Below the pieces are notes generated by a model. It saw nothing but the letters and a program-made list of their open reading frames with translations, ran no database searches and had not been told where the DNA came from. 64,000 nucleotides of DNA. It comes from Azolla caroliniana. Taxonomy: Eukaryota > Plantae > Polypodiophyta. The translations under genes and the position numbers were made by a program. The DNA is taken from assembly GCA_043228905.1 (NCBI GenBank), contig JBHGNT010000021.1:5890001-5954000 (forward strand), in the 5' to 3' direction. Positions 36,695 through 45,563 of the stretch are shown piece by piece (position 1 is the first letter of the stretch; every line of letters begins with the position of its first letter).

Positions 36695-38949
36695 GGTCGG
36701 CTAGAAGGTGGGTTCCTATGGTGTGTGGTAGGGGGAGGATTAGTGGAGTGTGGTGTATTTCTATAATGTTTATGATTAGGATAGGAGGGAGGGGTGGTGT
36801 GGTGGGTGAAGGGGGTTTTTATATTAGAGAGGGGATAATAAGAAGGAGGTTTATTAAGATACGAGGGAGGGGTAGAGTATGAGTTAGAGGGGGGGGTTTC
36901 AACAAATGGGGTAAAGAAAAGTGGGGGGGACGAATGAAAATTAGATAAAGGAGGGGGAGGGGTAGTATGTGAATTAGGGGCAAAATAGGGGGGGGCATGA
37001 GTTAGATTATCGGGAAGTAATGCAGGGGCATGTATGAGATATGGAAATAATTGAGAGGGAGAGGGGAGGGGAGGAGGCATTTGTTCATAGAGGCTGCCTC
37101 CATATGAAGACAAAGGGGGATGTGAGGAGGGAACAAAGAAATGGGAGTAATTAGGGTTCTGAAAACGTTGTTGGTGAGGCTGTTGTGAGCATGGATGAGG
37201 GGTGGGAAGGAGGGGCGGCGCGAATGTGTGTTGGCTGCCTTGCGCAGTCCCAAATAACGCACCATGTAGGGAGGGGGGAGGGTGCACGAGATGGCTGTCC
37301 AACACAGTCCCATACTCATTTACAATAGGGGGGGGGAACGATTGATGAAAGAGGCCGCGATCAACCGTGACATGTTGCTGGTTATTGTGCAGTGGATCAC
37401 GTTTCTGTGATGTCCAATTATTGTAGGGCGTACCATGTGTACGGCGGAGAAGGGGCGGCGGCGGGAAGTTTTGTTGGCGGCTTTGATTCGTAACAGAGTG
37501 TTGAAATTGTTGTCTTGTAATGTTTGGCAGGTGCGGTTGACGATAGTATGGTGGATGGAGCTCGGGGACGGTGTTAGGAGCCGGAGGACTTATATGCGCG
37601 GGGAGATGACCGAGGCCTATCGTTGCGAAAGCTTGTGGTGAGCGAGAATGGTGCGGTTCATTATTGGCAAAGTTTGGGTTATGAAAAAGAACTTGAGGCC
37701 CTCCATGGTTGGGATAAGGTTTAAATGCTTGTTTAACCTCATTAGTTGCGGTGTTGCAGGTGAAAAGGAGGTTAGATGCTCGATGACGAGGACGTTGCGC
37801 TTGTTTGGAGTTATTATTGGAGCGGTGGTTTGGGTTAGGGTGAGAGTTAGGAAAAGGGTTAGTGGTATTTTTGGAATTAGAGTTAGTGTTTCGGTTAGAC
37901 TTAGGTTCTGGATTAGGGTTTAGGGTAAAGTTTAGATTCTTTTTGGGGTTGGGTGTGGGTGTGTGATTAGAATTTTTATTTAGGTTAATAGTATGGGGGA
38001 CAGAATCTTTAGTGTTATTTATCTCGGCTTCTACGGGAGCAATGTACGAGGGACTGTCATAAAACATTTCATTATCATTTTCTTCTTCCCCTTCATACAT
38101 TGTAATGTCTATATCTCTAATATTAGGGTTTTCATATCTATTTTGTGCTCTTGTTTTATCTCTAAGTTCCGTGGCCGTTCTCTTAAGTGTATCATCAATG
38201 TTGTGATTTAGTGCAAAATCATCACACATTTTTAGGATTTTAGAGCCGAAATCTTGTAGTAACGTATTAATCGTTTCTTGAAAATTAGCCGGCTCAACAT
38301 ATGATGATACATCCTCAAAATGTTGGGGTTCTTGAAGGATGTTAGCAAAGTTATGTAGATCCGATCTAACGGTATTAGGGAAATTATCTAGGGTTTTAGT
38401 ATAGGAGTGCACTAGTAAGTCTAGATGTTTAATATAACTACTTGTTAGATCTTTATTATATTGATTAGTGAGGGTTAGAAAGTCCTTATGCATGCTATTG
38501 TTAATTTCTTCATGATCTATCTTTAGCTTGGGGGGATGAATTCTAAGACTATTAGGGGTTAATTCATGAGAGTATAAGTTCAACATCCTATTATGGGTAT
38601 TTTTGGCTTGTTTCTTTCTTTTGAAGAGTTGTTTAAATTCGACGAATACTCTAGTTTTATATTCTTCTAAGTATTTTGAGCAAAATGATGTATTAGAAGA
38701 TGATACCTTAGTATTGGAAACCTTAGTATCAGGAGTGGAGTTGATGAGTGATGGAGAGAGAATATAATCTCGAGCACGCTTTTGTGGTCTTTTATTCGCA
38801 CTATTACGCTTGATAGGGGTCGGTGTAGCCGATGCCATCGCTGCAGACGTCATTACCGTGGGTTGAGGGAACTCTTCACTAGATGGTTGCCCGAACATTG
38901 TCGATGCAGATCCATTGTGGGTTCCTATCTCCGGTGAATGAACCTCCAT
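36682..38949 (-). CDS. PLE ORF1, 755 aa: helical/basic N-terminal half, then Asn-, Pro- and His-rich low-complexity region
   Basis: Uninterrupted ORF starting 14 nt after the 5' pseudo-LTR; the TPNSLRI segment resembles PLE N-terminal regions; function inferred only. Confidence 0.75.
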   Translation of the reverse strand: MEVHSPEIGTHNGSASTMFGQPSSEEFPQPTVMTSAAMASATPTPIKRNSANKRPQKRARDYILSPSLINSTPDTKVSNTKVSSSNTSFCSKYLEEYKTRVFVEFKQLFKRKKQAKNTHNRMLNLYSHELTPNSLRIHPPKLKIDHEEINNSMHKDFLTLTNQYNKDLTSSYIKHLDLLVHSYTKTLDNFPNTVRSDLHNFANILQEPQHFEDVSSYVEPANFQETINTLLQDFGSKILKMCDDFALNHNIDDTLKRTATELRDKTRAQNRYENPNIRDIDITMYEGEEENDNEMFYDSPSYIAPVEAEINNTKDSVPHTINLNKNSNHTPTPNPKKNLNFTLNPNPEPKSNRNTNSNSKNTTNPFPNSHPNPNHRSNNNSKQAQRPRHRASNLLFTCNTATNEVKQAFKPYPNHGGPQVLFHNPNFANNEPHHSRSPQAFATIGLGHLPAHISPPAPNTVPELHPPYYRQPHLPNITRQQFQHSVTNQSRQQNFPPPPLLRRTHGTPYNNWTSQKRDPLHNNQQHVTVDRGLFHQSFPPPIVNEYGTVLDSHLVHPPPSLHGALFGTAQGSQHTFAPPLLPTPHPCSQQPHQQRFQNPNYSHFFVPSSHPPLSSYGGSLYEQMPPPLPSPSQLFPYLIHAPALLPDNLTHAPPYFAPNSHTTPPPPLSNFHSSPPLFFTPFVETPPSNSYSTPPSYLNKPPSYYPLSNIKTPFTHHTTPPSYPNHKHYRNTPHSTNPPPTTHHRNPPSSRPKND

Positions 38950-39085
38950 GTGATATGTCGAATCTTTAGTACTTGTGGGCCGTATGGCCTAAGCGAGGAG
39001 TGCGAGCGTATAACCTTCGGCGGTTGGATAGTTAGGGTAAATAGTATGGTAACTAAAGAATAGTATAAAAGAGAGTAGTAGGGGA

Positions 39086-39130
<45 letters not shown>

Positions 39131-40699
39131 AATTTCAATTTATGTAAGAAAAGGTCTTTTGGCCTACACCATCCGACTCTCCGCAGTCGGGTACTCCTCA
39201 TCCGGTTCATACCGTGCCTACACCATCCGACTCTCCGAAGTCGGGTTCTCCCCATCCGGTTCATACCGTTTCGGCCTCGGCCGAGTTTGTTCGTCGGCAC
39301 TGTTCTTCTCCCTTCCCATCCGGAGGGACCTGTCTACCAACAGAAAGTACTTAAGATAGATTGGGAAAGAGAGAAGTTGAGATTACACGATTGAGAGAGA
39401 TTGATTGAACTTTTAACTTTAGATTTAAGAAACAAGTTACACGATCAATTTGATAACGAATTTCTTCGTCTTAATTTTCATAAAAAAAACCGTGTTTTTT
39501 CTCCTCCCCCTTCCCTCTTTTATAGATGCTCTCATGCATATGATGCATGTGAGGGTACAAGACATGCATAAATTGCATGTTTGCCATTTGGCGCTTATGT
39601 ATTACATGTGTTGCATGAAAACCATGTCACTCATTTTAGTTCTCATGTATGAGAATTTACATGTAAAAGTACAATGATAGAAATATAATTTTAACTAAAT
39701 AGCATGGCTTAATGGTAAGCCAATTGACTCTTAACTTGGAGGTGCAAGGTTCGAATCCTTACTTGCCCTACTTGTATATGTAAATATGTATATATATTTA
39801 TATATTTATTTATCTAGTCGCCGGTTCGCCGGATGTCGTCGCCGGATACCGTCGGATCACCGGCTCCATCGTCGGTCCGGTTTTGGTTGGCCAAAACCCT
39901 TTACGAGTAGCTAGCCCACCTCCACTCTTAGTTCAAGTTACCTTGAACTCTCTAGCTCCACACATAGACACAAAGATAATATCTTTTGCTCCATCTTATA
40001 TATGATGAGAACTGTATTTGTCGTGCCTATGTGGGATATCTCACAATTTTCTCCTTTCCTTTTACAAACTTTATACCCTCATATCTTGACATTTAGTTGT
40101 CCGTTTCTCGTGTAATAAAGTGCATTCGAAACGTCCATCCTTTTGTACTTAGATAAAAAATGTTATCTTCACAATTATTGTATTATGTGATTCATACTCG
40201 ATTTCGTACGTTTTATGGGATTTTCACACTATTGCCGAAAATCTTCACGACAACGCCGCCAACAAATCCTCCTATTCCTCCTTCTTCGCCACCACTCGGA
40301 GCGGGATGCCGTTCCTCTTCTTCGGGTGCTTCCATATGTATCCGTCCCGGAGAAAGAATCGGTAGGATTTCTTCCGAATCCGGTTGGCCTCGTCCGTTGT
40401 CCATGCCGCGTCCGGTGTCATTGTTTTCAAGAACCCGCCGATCTGCAGCCACTCCCCGTCGTACTTGCTCTCGTCGAAATCGTTAAGCATTGGAGAGCAT
40501 TCCTTGCCGGTGGTTACGTGAGCCGCCTCGAAGAAGTCCACGCCGACTTCCTCGTCCTCTGAAACCATGCCGCCGTCGTTTTCAAACCTCGCCCTTGAAA
40601 GCATGTCGGCCATGGCGTTGTCTTTCTCGGAAATGTGTCGTATTTCCGGATTCAGAGACTTGATGTACGCTATCCACCTGAGCATTGCCAGGTCCGGCG

Positions 40700-43600
40700 T
40701 CACTCGGCATATGTGCTCCGACGCGAAGTAGTCTTCGGAAACTTCTTCATTATCCGATTCGGTTATGTCGTCTCCGAACCGAGCCCTTAATAACGTATCC
40801 GCTACCGCGTTTTCCTTCCCCGAGATGTGTCGAACCTCCGGATTAAGCGACTTGACATATGCAACCCACCTTAGTATAGCTACATCTGGTATCGTACAAC
40901 ACCGCATCATCCCGAGTATCGGAAGACAATCCGTCTCGATCACCACTTCGGCTCCGATCAAATAATCCCAATCCGATTTTATCGCCGACACGACTCCCCA
41001 CAGTTCTCTTTTGACTTGTGCATATCCACGTTGCCTTTCGTTGAGAACCTTTGCTCCGAATCGGATCGGATACCGCGAACCATCCGAGTCGGCTTGATTG
41101 ATGACCCACCCGATACCGGTTGGACTTGTATCAACCGTTACTATGATCGGTCGGTCGTAGCTCGGCTTCTTAAGTGCTTCCGCCCTCCGAAGTGTCTTCT
41201 TCAATTTCTTCATGGCTTTGGTGTGTTCCGGTTTCCATTCGAATTTCTTACCTTTCCGCAACAAGTGGTAGAGCGGGTCCACTATATGTGCATAGTGCGG
41301 AATCCATATGTGATAGAATGCACATGCACCGAGAAACCTTCGGACTTCGGATGTTGACTCGCATACTTCCTCCATAGCTTGAATCGCATCGATCTTTGTT
41401 GGTGACGGTCTTCGGCCGTAGGGCCCACATAGATGTCCGACCACCAATATTTCTTCTTGCCCGAATGCCGATTTCTCCCCGGAAAGTGTTAGGTGCACAT
41501 CTTCTAGCTTTCGCAACACTTTCTCGCAAGCATGAATATGGTAGACCACGAACTTTCGGCATCCCCGATCATCCATAGTCTCATCTTTTTCTTCGACCGC
41601 ACATCCTTTCATCGGAATGTCATCGAGGAACGGCATCGTTATCTCCGGAATGCAGTCTCGAAGCACCTTGTTCATCGCGTTCATCATATGAGCAACCGAG
41701 TTTGTCGCTCCTTGTGGTAGTGTGCACATTCGGACTAATCCTATCAGTGTTCGCATGGTTGTGATGTCTCGGCTCTCCACGGCTAGTTGGAATTGGTCAT
41801 ACCCCGAGTATAGGTCTCCGATGGAGTATATCGCACGACCGGCAAAAGCTTCCGCAAATTCGTCCACTATCGGACCGACTACCGAGTTCCGGATCGTGAC
41901 CTTATTCACCGGTTGCAAGTCTTGGATAAATCGGAGTGACCCATTCTTCTTCGGAACCGTAAACCATCGATTTGAGTACGGAGCAGTTGATGGCTCTAGA
42001 ATCCCCATCGCCACCTTCTCCTTGAGCAAGTCAATGACTTTCGGAATATGCGCTCGTGGCACTGGAATCGGCTTCAGTTTCCACGGTACATGGTCAATCG
42101 TGAAGATCACCATCGGCTCCACTATTCTCGGATCGACGCACCCTATCTCCCTTGATGTAAATGCAAACGCTTTGCCGTGTTGCTCCAACATCTCGCGAAA
42201 CCGTTCTTCTTCTTTCTGTAATAAGAACCCACCTCCACCGATCCGAAGTTTCTTCCGGGTCTCATCCGTGAAGGCATGTCCGATATCCACGGACTTCCGA
42301 AGTGTCGGATCTCCTGAGACTTCTTTCCTCTTTTGTTCGCTATCGGCGAGTAGTGGTCCCGCGGCCGCTTTCACCTTCTTCTCCACGGTCTTGTATTTCG
42401 TACTTACCATTGCTTCTTCTTTACGGAGCGTATCCGGCTCCATTTTTGCAATGATCTCGTACATCTCGACCGATTCCACCGGGACTACCCGGTTCCCTTG
42501 CTTTTATCTTCCGCAAGCTCTTCAAGTCGTTGTAGCGTGCTCCCATAGAACACTTCCTCGACTATCCCCACGATTTCTTCATCTTCTTTTATTATTGATG
42601 CCGACCGCAACTTATCCTCCACTTGTCGGTATCCTTTCTTCAATCCTCCGGTTACGGTCGTGTAAGTAGATGCCCCATCCGGACCGATTCGTACATGTTT
42701 TGCTCCGAGAGTTTTCTCCTGTGTGGGGTATCAGGGCTTCTCGGACTATCACTTCCCCACTCCGCAACAGTCCGCTTTAAAAATCCATTCTCACTTGGGA
42801 CAAGAGTTCCCTCTTGTTCCTTTCGTGATTTGCCGGCACCGTTAGGAATTGGACGGATTTCCCACCGTTTTGGCTCCGAATTCGCGCAAAAGCCGCACCG
42901 CTATCGAGCACCTTCGTCTCCATCCGTGATGCCATGATAAAGGGTTGGCCGAGGATGACGGAATGTGAAACCTCATCTTGCACGAAGAAATTTTGGTCAA
43001 TCTCGACATCCCCGATCTTCACCGTCACATCCGGACAAGCCGCAAATAGATCTTCCGTTGCTTTGGTGGCCGCCCGAATCTTCCATCCATGGTTGGTGTT
43101 AATAGGCCACTTCCCCTTCCGGTAGAACTCCTTGGACATCAAGTTGATCTCCGATCCGTGATCAATCAATGCTAGCACGGTTTCTTTGATGTTGCCGATT
43201 CGGACCGGAGTTTCCGTAGTCGCGCGTGCCCAATGTGGCCTTGTATAGTGGGAGTTCGGAATTTCGTCCTCCACTTCGGTGTCGTTCATTAAAATGGTGT
43301 TCGCATTCACCCTTGGAGCATTTTCCTCTGTACTTTGTCTTTTTCGCTTCACGAGATCTACGAGAAGATCGTGGAACTCCTTCTTTGCTATTCCGAGTAG
43401 CTCCCGAAGCGAGAAATCTACCCGGCTATCCAAGATTCTTTCCTCGAACACTTTTTTCAAGTCGGTTTGTTGTTCTATGTCCGAGGCGAGCTTGAATGCC
43501 GGAGTCGACTTTTCTTTTCCCTTACCTCCGGAGTTCCAGCTTTCCGGTATCTTCGATGGACCAGCCGCATCCTCCGTTCGTCGTCGTTTCTCGTCCACAT

Positions 43601-45563
43601 ACACCTTATGCAATTGACACAGGGCGTATACGCTATTCTTGTCGACAGGGCACTCCCATCCCGTAGCTTCCTGAACGCCTTCCACGGTGCTTCGGATCTC
43701 GTTGGAGTCGATTTTCTCGGTGTTTTCTAGAACTTCCGGCCAAAAAGACGTCTTTGCTCTCGATGACTCCCCGACACATATTCCCGCGGTTGTCGCATAG
43801 TTGCTTCTCGCCGCCAATTCCTCCTCGAGCACCTTCTTCATGCCGCCTTTCCGGAAGTTCGGTCGGAGTGGCTTCCGAGAGTCCATCGAATGAATCCGGT
43901 TTCCCTCGTAGTAGATGAGATCCCGCCGTAGCGCCTCCTTATGCTCGTCGCAATCCCTCCGATCGTGTTCGGCGCTATCGCACCATATGCACCGTCGGTC
44001 CGTATACTTGGAGCTTGTGGGGCGGTCATCCGACTTCTTCACCATCGCGATCTTCAGATTCTCCATCTCCTTCAATAGTTGCTCCACCGTAGATGCATCA
44101 ATCCCCTTCTCGGTTGTAGTCTCTCGAGCCCTCAGTTGATGGTCTTCCAATCCGGTTCTCGGTTTCGGAATCGGTTCCGAAACCCTCTTTTCCTCGTCGG
44201 CAAGCCATTGCCCCCTCTTCGTGTATCGCGCGACGATATCCCGCACGCTTTCCCATGTTTCGGTGAGGCCGCTCTCCGTGGTCGTGTCCTCCAAGAGCAC
44301 TTCGAGATCTTTCCGGTCCCGGACGTCCACGGCTCGCAAGAACATGATCACCTTGTCCGGTATGAGGATAGCTTGATCTCTCGCGGACAACCTCCCGAAC
44401 CGGCTTTCGAATGCCGAAAACACATCAACGACCTTCAATCCCTTGTCCGGCGTCTCCACCCAATCTTCGAATCCCCTTCGCGTCGCCTTGGAGGAATCCT
44501 CGATGGCGAACGTCCTCTTTAGATCTACTTCAAACGCCTCCCATGTCGGATTTTGCTGTCGTAGCCCATGAATGCTTGCTTGAAGCCCGTCGGTCGCCAC
44601 CTGGTTGAAGGACGTCACTTGCAGTCCTTCCGATATTCCGCACCGTAGCATCTCCGCCTTGTAATCCCGAAGATACCGCAACACGTCTTTCCCGTTGAAT
44701 TGCCCGTTTCGTTGCACGAGCCGCTCCATTGAGGCCGCTATCTCCGACATCGCGCGTTGTTCTTGTAGCATGCGCTCGAACATCATCATCATGTTGCTAG
44801 CCTCTTGTTGATTTTCCATCTCCTTGCCACCCGTTTTCACGTCGGGTTCACCAGCTGTGTCGTGCCTTTCGGCTCCGGATCGTTGCGTGAGTCGGGTGGG
44901 AACCGCAGAGGTTTTGGACTAGGAGGAAGAGGAATACAACTTAAGGCTAGTTATGAATAGTAGGAAGAGAAGTAAGATAGTAATCTCGTGAATCCCACGA
45001 GTTTTGTGTATTTTAAAACAATATTTAGATTATAAGAGTAATTTAGATGGCAAAATTCGTGAATCCCACGAATATATTAGATTGATCCCACCTTGTATAT
45101 TAATCAACAACCATATACATATTTTTCTCCTCCTTATATAAAGATGGAAGAGGCTAAGCATGGCTTCATGCTTTTTCACCTAAAGTGCCCATGCACACTA
45201 AATGTGCATGTGATGTTTTGTCATTTCCTAAATATAGGGCTCGTGCACGCTAGATGTGCATGAGTCACTTTTAATGTCACGTGTAAATAAAATATTCACA
45301 CTCTAAAGAATACATGATTTTTACCTTTTAATAAAGGTATGTGTAAATAAAGGTCTTATACGTATTAAATCTATATTTATAACACTAAAGATAAGTTACT
45401 ACAATGGTAAAGTTGGGGTTTTTCTACGTGGAGGTGCATGGTTCGAATCTTGCCCTATGCACGTGATAAATTCTTTTGATATATTATTTATTTATTCATA
45501 TGTATCTAAATTCGGATATATTATTTTATGGTTTTCACGTAGTGTGTGGAATACACTACGACA
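40700..45563 (-). mobile_element. Ty3/Gypsy element D, 3'-truncated, inserted in the RT of A
   Basis: Single LTR 44858-45563 (TGTCGT...ACGACA), PBS 44836-44853, intact gag-PR ending at 42777, RT-RNase H 42479-40700; IN and 3' LTR missing. Confidence 0.88.
42777..44819 (-). CDS. Gypsy D Gag-protease ORF
   Basis: MENQQEAS start just after the PBS, CIWCDSAEHDRRDC knuckle, LIDHGSEINLM protease; ends MDF*. Confidence 0.88.
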   Translation of the reverse strand: MENQQEASNMMMMFERMLQEQRAMSEIAASMERLVQRNGQFNGKDVLRYLRDYKAEMLRCGISEGLQVTSFNQVATDGLQASIHGLRQQNPTWEAFEVDLKRTFAIEDSSKATRRGFEDWVETPDKGLKVVDVFSAFESRFGRLSARDQAILIPDKVIMFLRAVDVRDRKDLEVLLEDTTTESGLTETWESVRDIVARYTKRGQWLADEEKRVSEPIPKPRTGLEDHQLRARETTTEKGIDASTVEQLLKEMENLKIAMVKKSDDRPTSSKYTDRRCIWCDSAEHDRRDCDEHKEALRRDLIYYEGNRIHSMDSRKPLRPNFRKGGMKKVLEEELAARSNYATTAGICVGESSRAKTSFWPEVLENTEKIDSNEIRSTVEGVQEATGWECPVDKNSVYALCQLHKVYVDEKRRRTEDAAGPSKIPESWNSGGKGKEKSTPAFKLASDIEQQTDLKKVFEERILDSRVDFSLRELLGIAKKEFHDLLVDLVKRKRQSTEENAPRVNANTILMNDTEVEDEIPNSHYTRPHWARATTETPVRIGNIKETVLALIDHGSEINLMSKEFYRKGKWPINTNHGWKIRAATKATEDLFAACPDVTVKIGDVEIDQNFFVQDEVSHSVILGQPFIMASRMETKVLDSGAAFARIRSQNGGKSVQFLTVPANHERNKRELLSQVRMDF

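Larger units (their letters stand above)
34260..39163 (-). mobile_element. Penelope-like retroelement, apparently endonuclease-deficient, with direct pseudo-LTRs
   Basis: Direct repeats 34260-34446 and 38963-39163 (differing in AG-repeat length), PLE-type RT, hammerhead motif, two intact ORFs. Confidence 0.9.
33660..39342 (-). mobile_element. Copia-type solo LTR 2 inserted in the Gypsy B 5' LTR, itself split by the PLE
   Basis: TGTTG...CAACA ends, TSD GAAAG (33655-33659 / 39343-39347), similar to the copia E LTR; contains 54-bp tandem repeats. Confidence 0.9.
19684..40252 (-). mobile_element. Ty3/Gypsy element B inserted in the integrase of A; degenerate
   Basis: 3' LTR 19684-20722; 5' LTR 33562-40252 (split); TSD ACGC; PBS 33536-33553; gag-PR 33500-31308 with lesions; pol 31317-30358 and 23332-20795. 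Confidence 0.93.

Noticed and set aside
37830-37990. TTAGGG/TTTAGGG telomere-like motifs inside the PLE
   Set aside because: Scattered, and they are the reverse complement of Asn-Pro codons in ORF1; no telomeric array at either junction.
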